This document shows positions 54,717-64,000 of a stretch of DNA of 64,000 nucleotides, one piece after another. The stretch comes from an uncultured Eubacteriales bacterium (lineage in GTDB: Bacteria > Bacillota_I > Bacilli_A > RF39 > UBA660). The notes below the pieces were generated by a model. That model was not told the origin of the DNA. It saw only the letters and a program-made list of their open reading frames with translations, and did not search any database. The DNA is taken from contig ONQM01000003.1 of NCBI GenBank assembly GCA_900319955.1, positions 17,654 through 81,653 of the forward strand, written 5' to 3'. The translations under genes were made by a program, and so were the position numbers. Every line of letters begins with the position of its first letter. The first letter of the stretch is position 1.

Positions 54717-55311
54717 AGTTAGTCACCACTTTGTTATTATATAATAGAACTTTATTTAAAACAAGTTTTCTAATTCGTACTTATTGTAATTAAAAACAAA
54801 TAATGATACAATATAAACGTATTAGATGAAGGAAGACTTCATATAATATATAAAATGAGAGAGAACATGCTTTTAATAGCAACTTCCATATTATATATTT
54901 TTTCTAATTTGGATTCTTTGATTGTCTTTTTTCATATGTTAATAAGGCATTATAACTCCTTACTTATTTTCGGATGATTCAGACTTTAATATCTTAATCT
55001 ATTTAGAAAATCTATTCTCTTTCATTTTCATTATAATACTTATAATTTAACAATAAAAGAACTATTTTTAATCAGTAGTTCTTTTATTATTAGATTTCAA
55101 TGCACTCAATTTAATTTAATTCTATTACTATAGATATATTTTCTTTAAGCATATTCAAATTTTCAAATTCAGTATCCTCTTATTCATAATACTCTCCAAG
55201 TATCATGTCATCTCCAATTAATGCTTTATACTCTTCTACTAAGTCTGCAGTAAAAATTTTTAAAGCTTTTATCTATACCTTTAGTATATTCTTCTTTTTC
55301 TAATTATAATA

Positions 55312-55770
55312 TCACTTTTTATCAGTAGATCCAAAGCCACCAATTCTTTCTCCTGTTGCATTATCATTATCAACAATTAAGAATTTAGTAAATACAACTT
55401 GTCCTATAATATCACCTTTTTTAACTTCAATGTCATGATCACTGCAATTAAAATATGCAAAGAAGAAATGTCCATCATTATCAGGATTTCCATAATAATC
55501 ACTATCAATTAATCCCACACTATTTGCAAGTATAAATCCTTTTTTTGGTCCACTACTTCTATTTAATAATAAGAAACATTCATCATCAGCACAATATGCT
55601 TTTAGTCCGGTTGGTATAAGTGTTGGCTTAATACCAGGTTTATACATAGGAATTGTTATATCTTCTGCTGCTTCTATATCATATCCAGCACTATGTGCTG
55701 TTTTTCTTTCTGGTAAATGTATATCTTTATTTTCGTATCCTTTAACTACTTCAAATCCTCTTTTTTTCAT
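55312..55770 (-). CDS. dut: dUTP diphosphatase (trimeric dUTPase)
   Basis: Motifs AGYDI, RSSG, GLIDSDYYG and a C-terminal GGFGSTD. Confidence 0.85.
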   Translation of the reverse strand: MKKRGFEVVKGYENKDIHLPERKTAHSAGYDIEAAEDITIPMYKPGIKPTLIPTGLKAYCADDECFLLLNRSSGPKKGFILANSVGLIDSDYYGNPDNDGHFFFAYFNCSDHDIEVKKGDIIGQVVFTKFLIVDNDNATGERIGGFGSTDKK

Positions 55771-55784
55771 TTTAAAAATCCTCC

Positions 55785-57959
55785 TTAATTTTCATACATT
55801 CTTAAATTTACTTTATTTTTTTCTTTATTTATACTATCAACATAACATGTAACTATATCTCCTGCACTATATAAATCACTTGGATCTTTTACAAAGTTAT
55901 GTGAAAGTTTTGAAATATGTGCTAGTCCATCATCATGAAGACCTATATCAATAAAAAGGCCAAATGGAGCGACATTTCTAACTGTTCCTTCCAGTTTTTC
56001 TCCAACATATAAATCTTTGAGTTCTAACACATCACTTTTTAAAAGTGGCTGAGGCATTTCATCTCTTGGATCAAGATTAGGTTTTTCAAGTGACTCAATT
56101 ATATCTTCAAGCGTATATTTGTCAGTGCCTAATTTCTTAGATTCTTTTTCTATATCAACTGATTTTAATTTATCTTTTAATTCATTTGTACCTAAATCAT
56201 TAGTAGTAAATCCAAGTTCTTTTAAAAGAGCTTCTGCAACAGAATAACTTTCTGGATGAACTCTAGTTTTATCAAGAGCGTTATCGCCATCTTGAATTTT
56301 TAAAAATCCAATTGCTTGTTCATATGCTTTTGGTGTTAATACTTTATCTTTTTTTAACTCTTCACGTGATTTAAATTTACCATATTTATTTCTATAATCA
56401 ATTATTTTCTCTGCAGCCTTTTTAGTAAGTCCTGAAACATATGAAAGTAATGACACACTTGCAGTATTTACATTAACTCCAACGTTATTTACACATTTTT
56501 CTGTTGTAAATGAAAGAGCTTCGCTTAAATCTTTTTTAGGAACATCATGCTGATACATTCCAACTCCTATTCCATCAGGTGGTATCTTAACAAGTTCTGA
56601 TAAAGGATCTTGAAGTCTTCTTCCAATTGACACAGCACTTCTTTTTTCTATTGCAAGATCTGGAAACTCTTCTTTTGCAACATCTGATGCAGAATAAATT
56701 GATGCTCCTGCTTCACTTACAATTACATATTTACAATTTAAATTGTATTCTTTAATCATTTCACTACAGAATCTTTCACTTTCACGAGATGCAGTTCCAT
56801 TTCCAATTGATATTATGTCAACATTATATTTTTTTATTAAATCTGCAACTATTTTTTTAGAAGATTTAATTCTTTCATCTTCATTTTCTTTTAAAAAAGG
56901 TTTTATTACAGTACTATCTAAATATTTACCAGTTTTATCAATAACTGCTAATTTGCAACCATTTACATATCCAGGGTCAAATGCAAGTACAGTCTTTTCT
57001 TTTAATGGTGGTGTTAAAAGAAGAGACTCTAAATTCTTACTAAATGTTTTTATTGCATCATTGTCAGCTTTCTCAGTAAGTTCTGCTCTTATATCTCTTT
57101 CAATTGATCCTTTAATTAATCTTTTATAACTATCTTTTATTGCATCACATACAAAGTCTTTAACAAAACTATTTTTGTTTTTAATTACCTTAGATTCAAT
57201 ATAACTTATAATATTTTCTAAAGAAACATCAATTGATACACTAACTACTTTTTCTTTCTCTGCTCTATTAATAGCAAGTACTCTATAATGTTTTATACTT
57301 TTAACACTTTCTGAAAAATCATAGTACATATCATAAATTTTTTCTGGATCAAGCTCTTCTTTAGATTTTTTCTTTTTTGAAACCAAAACTCCATTAAAAT
57401 ATGTATATTTTCTAATGCTTTTTCTTAAGAAAGCGTTATCACTTATCCACTCTGCAATTATATATCCTGCACCTTCTAATGCATCATTTACACTCTTAAC
57501 TTTATCTTTGACATAAGGTTTTGCAAGTTCATCTAATGACCCATTTACTGGAAAAGACATAATTTTCTTTGCAAGAGGTTCTAATCCATTATTGATTGCA
57601 TCAGTTGCTTTAGTTTTTTTCTTTTCTTTATATGGCCTATAAAGATCTTCAACATCAACTAATTTTTCACATTTTAAAATTTGATTCTTTAATTCATCAG
57701 TTAAAAGACCTTTTTCATCAATTAATCTTATTACATCCTCTTTTCTTGTTTTTAAATTTAACTGATATTTATAAGCATTTTCAATACTTCTTATTTCATC
57801 TTCAGAAAGTGCTCCAGTTGCTTCTTTTCTATAACGAGCGATAAAAGGAACTGTTGCTCCTTCCTCAAGCATTTTAAGTACTGTCTCCACTTGCTTTACA
57901 CTTATATTATTTTCTTTTGAAACTATTTCTATAACATTATTATCCATTTTTACCTCCAA
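55785..57959 (-). CDS. tex: Tex-family transcription accessory protein (HhH, YqgF-like and S1 domains)
   Basis: N-terminal VPFIARYRKEATG is the Tex signature. C-terminal S1 domain (GEKLEGTVRNVAPFGLFIDIG). 724 aa. Confidence 0.9.
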   Translation of the reverse strand: MEVKMDNNVIEIVSKENNISVKQVETVLKMLEEGATVPFIARYRKEATGALSEDEIRSIENAYKYQLNLKTRKEDVIRLIDEKGLLTDELKNQILKCEKLVDVEDLYRPYKEKKKTKATDAINNGLEPLAKKIMSFPVNGSLDELAKPYVKDKVKSVNDALEGAGYIIAEWISDNAFLRKSIRKYTYFNGVLVSKKKKSKEELDPEKIYDMYYDFSESVKSIKHYRVLAINRAEKEKVVSVSIDVSLENIISYIESKVIKNKNSFVKDFVCDAIKDSYKRLIKGSIERDIRAELTEKADNDAIKTFSKNLESLLLTPPLKEKTVLAFDPGYVNGCKLAVIDKTGKYLDSTVIKPFLKENEDERIKSSKKIVADLIKKYNVDIISIGNGTASRESERFCSEMIKEYNLNCKYVIVSEAGASIYSASDVAKEEFPDLAIEKRSAVSIGRRLQDPLSELVKIPPDGIGVGMYQHDVPKKDLSEALSFTTEKCVNNVGVNVNTASVSLLSYVSGLTKKAAEKIIDYRNKYGKFKSREELKKDKVLTPKAYEQAIGFLKIQDGDNALDKTRVHPESYSVAEALLKELGFTTNDLGTNELKDKLKSVDIEKESKKLGTDKYTLEDIIESLEKPNLDPRDEMPQPLLKSDVLELKDLYVGEKLEGTVRNVAPFGLFIDIGLHDDGLAHISKLSHNFVKDPSDLYSAGDIVTCYVDSINKEKNKVNLRMYEN

Positions 57960-58004
57960 GTAAAAGACGGCTAATTACTTAAAACCGTCTCCTTTTTTAT
58001 CTTT

Positions 58005-60011
58005 TTAATCTTTATAATTATTAACAGCTTTACCATAAACATTAACTCTTAATGCAAATTTCTTATTCTTACTATCAGTATTATATGATTTATCGAGCCA
58101 CATTCTTAATCTGTAATGATATACTACTGATTTATTTGTTGTTACTTTATCAAGTACCATCATTCCCTTTTTAGCTCCATAAGAATCTGCTTTATTTATT
58201 CCCTTATATATTGTTGGAGCAAGAACTTTATAACTGTAAGAAGTATCTTCTGATCTTTCAAGATAAAGTTTAATATATTTTGAATCAATTGTTGATTTAT
58301 CATCTTTTTCTGCAACTACTTCATAACTTACATCACTTGACTTATTCTTTATATTAACACTTACTGTAAAGTCCATATATTCATTAGGATTAGTAAGTAC
58401 CATACCAACACTATCTTCAATTGGAAGAGCATTTGTAAGTGCAATCTTATTTGATCCTTCTGTGTAAACTATTGTAACAGAACCATTTTTGAATGGGTTT
58501 TCATCATCTGGATTATCACAGTTTTTATCACATTTTCCATCGCCGTCTTTATCACAGTTATGATCACACTTGCCATCGCCATCATCATCACAATTTAGAT
58601 TGCATTTGCCATCACCATCTGTGTCGCAGTTTCTATCGCATTTCCCATCGCCATTATCATCACAGTTTCTGTCACATTTGCCGTCGCCATTCGTATCGCA
58701 ATTACGATCGCATTTTCCATCACCATTGTCATCACAGTTTCTGTCACATTTGCCATCGCCATTCGTATCACAGTTTCTATCACATTTACCGTCGCCATTC
58801 GTATCGCAATTACGATCGCATTTCCCATCGCCGTTATCATCACAGTTTCTATCACATTTTCCATCGCCGTTATCATCACAGTTTCTGTCACATTTGCCAT
58901 CGCCGTTATCATCACAGTTTCTATCACATTTGCCATCGCCGTTGTCATCACAGTTTCTATCACATTTTCCGTCGCCATTCGTATCGCAATTACGATCGCA
59001 TTTGCCATCGCCATTGTCATCACAATTTAATTTACAATCTTCTGCACATTTTCTATCACATTTGCCATCTCCATCATCATCACAGTTTCTATCGCATTTT
59101 CCATCGCCATTATCATCACAATTTAGATTGCATTTACCATCTCCATCTGTATCGCAGTTTCTATCGCATTTGCCATCTCCATCAACATCACAGTTTCTAT
59201 CGCATTTTCCATCGCCATTATCATCACAATTTAGATTGCATTTGCCATCACCATCTGTGTCGCAGTTTCTATCACATTTGCCATCACCGTTGTCATCACA
59301 GTTTCTATCACATTTTCCATCTCCATCATCATCACAATTTAGATTGCATTTACCATCTCCATCTGTATCGCAGTTTCTATCGCATTTGCCATCTCCATCA
59401 TCATCACAGTTTCTATCACATTTTCCATCTCCATCATCATCACAATTTAGATTGCATTTACCATCTCCATCTGTATCGCAGTTTCTATCACATTTGCCAT
59501 CTCCATCATCATCACAGTTTAAAATACATTTTCCATTTTCATCATATTCTATGCATTTATCTTTCTCACATACACTTGTTGTACATTTAGTTCCTTCACA
59601 ATTTTTAATAGTACATTTTCTTCCTTTACATGAAACATCTGTACAAGAACTACCATTACAGAAATTATCAGAACACTTATTAGTATTATTACAAGCTCTA
59701 CACTTACTTCCATTACATATTTTATATGAACAAGTATTCTTCTTTTCATTACATATTACATAAGTACAAGCCTCACCTTTACAATATCTATATGTACAAA
59801 CATCTCCATCACATTCTTTATATACTTTGCTAAAAGATCCAATATTATATAGATATTCATAATCATCACCATTTTTATTATTTGTTGGTGAAAACAATCT
59901 ATATGACACTCCTACTATCAATATAACTAATAAAAAAATTAAAAGTAAAATTATGAATATTGCTTGTTTATCAAGATCATATTTTTTATTTTTCTTATTT
60001 TCTTTTCTCAT
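58005..60011 (-). CDS. Cysteine-rich secreted/anchored protein with about 27 tandem 12-aa calcium-binding-like repeats (NCD[DT][DN]GDGKCDR; TSP type-3-like)
   Basis: N-terminal TM (IFIILLLIFLLVILIVGV). About 20 short Cys-spaced units (CTYRYCKGEACTYVICNEKKNTCSYKICNGSKC...) before the first 12-aa repeat. The central array is CDDDGDGKCDRNCDTDGDGKCNLN..., about 27 copies. A C-terminal domain of about 170 aa follows. On the DNA, the 36-bp units are nearly identical. Confidence 0.8.
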   Translation of the reverse strand: MRKENKKNKKYDLDKQAIFIILLLIFLLVILIVGVSYRLFSPTNNKNGDDYEYLYNIGSFSKVYKECDGDVCTYRYCKGEACTYVICNEKKNTCSYKICNGSKCRACNNTNKCSDNFCNGSSCTDVSCKGRKCTIKNCEGTKCTTSVCEKDKCIEYDENGKCILNCDDDGDGKCDRNCDTDGDGKCNLNCDDDGDGKCDRNCDDDGDGKCDRNCDTDGDGKCNLNCDDDGDGKCDRNCDDNGDGKCDRNCDTDGDGKCNLNCDDNGDGKCDRNCDVDGDGKCDRNCDTDGDGKCNLNCDDNGDGKCDRNCDDDGDGKCDRKCAEDCKLNCDDNGDGKCDRNCDTNGDGKCDRNCDDNGDGKCDRNCDDNGDGKCDRNCDDNGDGKCDRNCDDNGDGKCDRNCDTNGDGKCDRNCDTNGDGKCDRNCDDNGDGKCDRNCDTNGDGKCDRNCDDNGDGKCDRNCDTDGDGKCNLNCDDDGDGKCDHNCDKDGDGKCDKNCDNPDDENPFKNGSVTIVYTEGSNKIALTNALPIEDSVGMVLTNPNEYMDFTVSVNIKNKSSDVSYEVVAEKDDKSTIDSKYIKLYLERSEDTSYSYKVLAPTIYKGINKADSYGAKKGMMVLDKVTTNKSVVYHYRLRMWLDKSYNTDSKNKKFALRVNVYGKAVNNYKD
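58515..59520 (-). repeat. Intragenic tandem repeat array: 36-bp period, about 28 near-identical copies, coding
   Basis: Repeating units such as gtttctatcgcatttcccatcgccattatcatcaca are visible directly (plus strand). All three minus-strand frames and two plus-strand frames are open across the array, which produces artefactual ORFs. Confidence 0.85.
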
Positions 60012-60113
60012 AATAACATATCCTCATCTTTTATCTTTAATTATATTTTAGCAAGTAAAGGAAAGAATGTAAATACTAACAACAACAAAAATGTAAAATA
60101 AAAACTCTAAAAA

Positions 60114-61301
60114 TTATTTTACTAATTTCTTAGAGTCTTCTTCTTTAAATAATATATTTTTTTTATATCTTTCATATGCATCTTTATATGTTCTTGAATT
60201 TAAAGGAATTCCTTTGCTAACAATATAATCCATAATAGATAATTTTTCTTCCTCAGTTATTTTTCTACCAGACCCAGGTATAATATTTCCATATTTATCA
60301 AATTCAGGATTTAATGTAACTATGCCTTTAACTAAAGTTTCTTTTTCATATCTTGTCAAAGGCTTCAAATCATTCTTTCTTATGAAACTAGATATTTTTC
60401 TTTTATCACTTGGATTACATTTAAAATTAACAAGTTGTTCTTTTAAAGAGCTTATAGGAAGTTTGGTAAGACTATAATAGTCTAAACTATCAAATTCTCT
60501 TATTCCCATATCACCATCAATTCCATTTACGATATTTTTAAATATTTTATTAGCAAGCTCAGTATCAAATGATACTTCTTCTTCTATTTTTATACCTAAT
60601 TTTTCTAAATATTCCATAAATATATCAATATTTATTCTTCTTTTATAGCAAAATTTTTTTATATCATAACATGATTCATTTTCAAATTCTTTAACATAGT
60701 TTATATACTTTTCTTCTTTTTCTTTTTCTAACACTTTAGAATATTCATTTAAATAATATTCATAAAACTCATTTGTATTTTTTATAACAAGTTTCCTATC
60801 AGTATCACTTAAATATGGATCATTATTTAAATAGTTTTCAACAGATTTTCTAAATGTTTCTGGTGTTTTTAACATTTTTATGAATTCATCATATTTAGTT
60901 TTATCGTTAAATATAACTATTAAGTTAACAATATAGCCTGTCTCTTTACAAGCTGCTACTTGCATATAATTTCTATTCTTTCTTAATCTATACTCAGGTA
61001 TTTTTTCTTCTAAAAATTTATGATCTACATAAGAATATACACTTTCATTTTCTTTTAAATATAAATTAAGTGATTGTCTAAAAGAAGCAAGAGAAAGTAT
61101 TCTCCTTGAATTGTATGACATATTTTTAAAAATAGTAAATGCATTATTAACTATTTCATCACTTTTTCTTTCTGTATCAGACATTTTGTTAAAGCACTTT
61201 AAAACATCTGCACAAAGCTGATGTTCTATATTATTATCTTGTTTTCCTTTTAACACATCTAATAATTCTAATATTTCATTATATAAACTTTTATTTATCA
61301 T
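60114..61301 (-). CDS. Hypothetical protein
   Basis: 395-aa ORF. No family recognised. Confidence 0.5.
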   Translation of the reverse strand: MINKSLYNEILELLDVLKGKQDNNIEHQLCADVLKCFNKMSDTERKSDEIVNNAFTIFKNMSYNSRRILSLASFRQSLNLYLKENESVYSYVDHKFLEEKIPEYRLRKNRNYMQVAACKETGYIVNLIVIFNDKTKYDEFIKMLKTPETFRKSVENYLNNDPYLSDTDRKLVIKNTNEFYEYYLNEYSKVLEKEKEEKYINYVKEFENESCYDIKKFCYKRRINIDIFMEYLEKLGIKIEEEVSFDTELANKIFKNIVNGIDGDMGIREFDSLDYYSLTKLPISSLKEQLVNFKCNPSDKRKISSFIRKNDLKPLTRYEKETLVKGIVTLNPEFDKYGNIIPGSGRKITEEEKLSIMDYIVSKGIPLNSRTYKDAYERYKKNILFKEEDSKKLVK

Positions 61302-61315
61302 ATTAACCCTCTAAA

Positions 61316-61744
61316 TTATTTTCCAAGCATATCAATTAAATTAACTTTAAACATATCTCTTTTTGCATTTTCTTTTGATATCATTACACCTTTATATGCT
61401 TTTAATTCTGTTCTGTGTCCTTCATCAAGAATTTCTTCTGGTGTTATATTAGTTAGAAGTATTATTTTCTTATTATAATACACTGTATAATGTAACATAA
61501 TATCACCATGTACAAGTGCAGAACGTTCATCTGTTGGAAGTTTTAATTCAAATGATGCAGTATTTTTTGACTCATCTTCAGATACTTTCTCACCTATAAA
61601 ATTGCCAACTCTAAGTGCAGGATAAAAATCAAATGTTAGTTTCTTATAAGCAAGTTTACTATATTTTCTTATACTTCTTTCTTTCTTTCTAAAATCATTC
61701 TCATCAAGATATTCAAAAATATATTGATCCTCTATCTCTTTCAT
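61316..61744 (-). CDS. Hypothetical protein
   Basis: 142-aa ORF immediately upstream of the 395-aa gene, in the same orientation. Confidence 0.45.
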   Translation of the reverse strand: MKEIEDQYIFEYLDENDFRKKERSIRKYSKLAYKKLTFDFYPALRVGNFIGEKVSEDESKNTASFELKLPTDERSALVHGDIMLHYTVYYNKKIILLTNITPEEILDEGHRTELKAYKGVMISKENAKRDMFKVNLIDMLGK

Positions 61745-61850
61745 AATTTAACCCCCTTATTATTGAAATACCATAGATACTTCATCCTCAAAGTACACAT
61801 ATTATAACATAAACTCCTTTAAAAATCAAGAAAAACATAAAAAAAGATGT

Positions 61851-62441
61851 TTAATCAACACCTCTTTGAACTAAATTAATTAATATTCCACATATCGCAC
61901 ATATTAAAACCTCAATTCCTGTAACTGCAAGAAAGCTTGACCATAATGTTGTTGTAAAACTAAGATTTAATGTTACAAGATAATAGAATAAATTATATAT
62001 TAGGCAAGCAAAAACTAGATTTATTATTACAAGTGGAAGTGGAGTTTTAAAGTTTGCAAGCATATAGTTATATATTAATAAATTTAAGAAATTACTTATA
62101 AAGAATGCAAAACATATTCCAAAATAACTATCAAGTGTAAAATTTTCTCCAAATATTAAATCCAAAAGAAAATTCATAACAACAAACATAATAGTTCCAA
62201 TAATAGTTGCAATAACACCAGATTTATACCCAACTTCTTTTAGAATCACATCAATAAGGAAAAATATAAATGGAAGTATAAATATATTGTAAGAGAATTT
62301 CATATCAAATACATAAAATGTAAATGAATTTAAAGATACATAAAATATTATAGTCGCTATATAAAGAAATGTGTATGAAAAGCTTAGACTTCTTGCATCT
62401 TCATCTATCCTCTTCTTCTCTTTTTTAGATAATTTTTTCAC
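61851..62441 (-). CDS. YhhQ/Vut_1 (DUF165)-family membrane transporter (queuosine-precursor transporter family)
   Basis: 196 aa, about 6 TM helices. LIDVILKEVGYKSG resembles the conserved F..DV..E.YG motif of the family. Confidence 0.5.
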   Translation of the reverse strand: MKKLSKKEKKRIDEDARSLSFSYTFLYIATIIFYVSLNSFTFYVFDMKFSYNIFILPFIFFLIDVILKEVGYKSGVIATIIGTIMFVVMNFLLDLIFGENFTLDSYFGICFAFFISNFLNLLIYNYMLANFKTPLPLVIINLVFACLIYNLFYYLVTLNLSFTTTLWSSFLAVTGIEVLICAICGILINLVQRGVD

Positions 62442-62555
62442 AATAACACCTCTTTTTATTTAAGTATATAATATCACAAATATTTACACTTTACAAATAC
62501 TATTATTTGCAAATTATTTAAAATAATAATATTTCATGCTAAAATTATTCTAAAG

Positions 62556-63443
62556 GTGATTCTTATGATAACTAGTAGAGAAGAAAAGATGAGAGAAGTA
62601 CAAGAAGAAATTGAACAAGTAGAACAAAAAAAGAAAAGAAAAAAATTTATAAAAAAATTAATAAAAATTATAACTATATTAATAATTATTATATTAATTT
62701 TATATTTATACATTGAAAATATTTCAACACATTCCATAAAAGTAAGAGAGCAAAGAATTGTTGACAGAAATATACCAGAGAATTTTGATTCATATAAAAT
62801 AGTTTATTTTTCTGACCTTTATTATGATGGTAAAGACAAAAAAGATTTAGATAATCTTGTTAAAATAATTAATGAAAGAAAGCCAGATCTAATACTTTAC
62901 AGTGGTGATATTATAAAAGGAAATATATCTAATAAAGATAAAGAGTATTTAATAAGTAAATTAAAAGAATTAAATGCTATTAGTGGTAAATATGCATTAA
63001 CAGATAATGATGATATTAAGAATATGCTTTTACAAAGTGAATTTGGTACTCTTGATGATAGTTCCGAGCTTATATATTATGGTGATGGTAGCCCAATAAA
63101 TCTTGTAGGTATTAATAGCAAAGAAAAGAATAAAGAAATACTTAACAATACTATAAGTGGTGGATTTAAAATATTTATATTAAAAGATCCTGATAATGCC
63201 AAAAAAGTACGTAAAAAAGCATCAATTATGCTTGCAGGTAAAAGCTTAAATGGTGAAATTTGTTTAGTTCCAGACTACTTATGTTTGTATAATGTAGATG
63301 GAGCTAAAAAGTATTATAGAAGTTTCCATAACGTAAGTGGTGTTCCACTTTATATATCAAGTGGAATTGGAACAAACAAATTTAATTTTAGATTTAATTC
63401 AAGACCTTCTATTTATTTCTTTAGATTATCTTCTGGAAATTAG
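62556..63443 (+). CDS. Membrane-anchored calcineurin-like metallophosphoesterase (YkuE-like)
   Basis: N-terminal TM. Metallophosphatase motifs KIVYFSDLYYDG and DLILYSGDII. Confidence 0.7.
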   Translation: MILMITSREEKMREVQEEIEQVEQKKKRKKFIKKLIKIITILIIIILILYLYIENISTHSIKVREQRIVDRNIPENFDSYKIVYFSDLYYDGKDKKDLDNLVKIINERKPDLILYSGDIIKGNISNKDKEYLISKLKELNAISGKYALTDNDDIKNMLLQSEFGTLDDSSELIYYGDGSPINLVGINSKEKNKEILNNTISGGFKIFILKDPDNAKKVRKKASIMLAGKSLNGEICLVPDYLCLYNVDGAKKYYRSFHNVSGVPLYISSGIGTNKFNFRFNSRPSIYFFRLSSGN

Positions 63444-64000
63444 AAAATGCCTTTTAGGTTTTTTCTTTTTTACATAAATGTTTATTTTCTTTATTGTAGT
63501 ATTATAAAGTTTAACATCTATATACCCTACTTTATCATTATTTTTATATTTTTTAATTTTATATATTTTATAAATTAATTTTATATTTCTCTCTTCATCT
63601 TCTGTAAGAGGATAGTAAAATTTTCCCTTTATATATAATTTGTCTTTAAAGAATGTTTTTGATATGTTAATATTATCTACTAATTTAACTCTCCTATATT
63701 TATTAAATAAATATTCATAAGTACTTTCTTGTGAATTATAATGACTAGAATCATTTAATGATACCATTGTAAGTGTTAAATTATTTTTCTTAGCAACAGA
63801 AACAAGTGTTCTACCAGCTTTAGGAGTATATCCAGTTTTTCCACCTTTTAAATATTTATATTCTTTTAAAAGTTTATTTCTATTAAACCAGATATAGCTT
63901 TTTTTATTTGTTTCAAGTGAATATTTATATGTTCCAATAACCTCTCTATAAAATTTACTTTTATTATAAATGTATCTCGAAAGACGTGCCATATCTTTAC
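63426..64000 (-). CDS. D-alanyl-D-alanine carboxypeptidase (PBP5/DacF-like), C-terminal part only; the gene continues beyond the window end
   Basis: GGKTGYTPKAGRTLVSVAKKNNLTLTMVSLND is the KTG-motif region of class A low-molecular-mass PBPs. The Met at 63992 is internal, because the reading frame is open to position 64000. Confidence 0.7.
   Translation of the reverse strand, partial: KDMARLSRYIYNKSKFYREVIGTYKYSLETNKKSYIWFNRNKLLKEYKYLKGGKTGYTPKAGRTLVSVAKKNNLTLTMVSLNDSSHYNSQESTYEYLFNKYRRVKLVDNINISKTFFKDKLYIKGKFYYPLTEDEERNIKLIYKIYKIKKYKNNDKVGYIDVKLYNTTIKKINIYVKKKKPKRHFLISRR

Noticed and set aside
58515-59520. Regularly spaced 36-bp repeats that could superficially resemble a CRISPR array
   Set aside because: The units are contiguous with no interspersed unique spacers. 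They are in-frame and coding (the DxDGDGKCDRNC repeat protein), and no cas genes or leader are present.
58493-59763. Two long plus-strand ORFs (365 aa His/Arg/Tyr-rich and 397 aa Ser/Pro/Phe-rich) overlapping the minus-strand repeat gene
   Set aside because: They are open only because the 36-bp tandem array lacks stop codons in several frames. Their products are pure low-complexity repeat echoes (HHSFYHIF..., LPSPSSSQF...). The minus-strand frame has a signal anchor and non-repetitive N- and C-terminal domains, so that is the real gene.
62534-62737. 67-aa minus-strand ORF overlapping the start of the metallophosphoesterase gene
   Set aside because: It is antisense to a well-supported plus-strand gene with conserved metallophosphatase motifs, and is composed of Ile/Phe repeats.

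Overview
AT-rich, low-GC Firmicutes-type chromosomal segment, probably from a Clostridia-class spore-former. Almost every gene is on the minus strand, TGG encodes Trp and TGA is a stop (standard code). Core housekeeping blocks can be assigned from conserved motifs and Bacillus-like synteny: gtrA-glmS (with its glmS ribozyme)-rlmD; htpG; rluD-lspA-dnaE; helD; an RNB exoribonuclease; dnaI-comEC-comEA-murC; trmR-mltG-yrzB-ruvX-ireB; a rhomboid protease; yqeH-yqeG; and dut-tex. The accessory content sits at the left end, as a run of surface and secretion loci. (i) A gene longer than 4.9 kb, running off the window, encodes a signal-peptide protein built from at least four glycine-rich (ALK/LTK-type Gly_rich-like) modules separated by Ig/cadherin-like beta-sandwich domains. 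(ii) A degraded ISL3-family insertion sequence with recognisable terminal inverted repeats follows. (iii) A 12.8-kb minus-strand operon is the most unusual system in the window. It encodes Tad-like machinery (a CpaF/TadA ATPase, TadB- and TadC-like T2SS-F membrane proteins, and CpaB) with no identifiable pilin, prepilin peptidase or TadZ. This machinery is fused in one operon to a SrtB-type sortase, a 1385-aa cysteine-rich secreted protein, an N-anchored DUF5011/Ig-like surface protein and a polytopic membrane protein. A CxxC thioredoxin-like lipoprotein is transcribed divergently beside it. Further right are a cluster of small ORFans (including a tandem paralogue pair) between htpG and rluD, and an orphan GerA-type germinant receptor subunit. 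Near the right end is a 668-aa secreted protein whose centre is about 27 tandem 36-bp repeats encoding D-x-D-G-D-G-K-C-D-R-N-C, thrombospondin-type-3-like, calcium-binding-like units. No rRNA, tRNA or CRISPR array was found.
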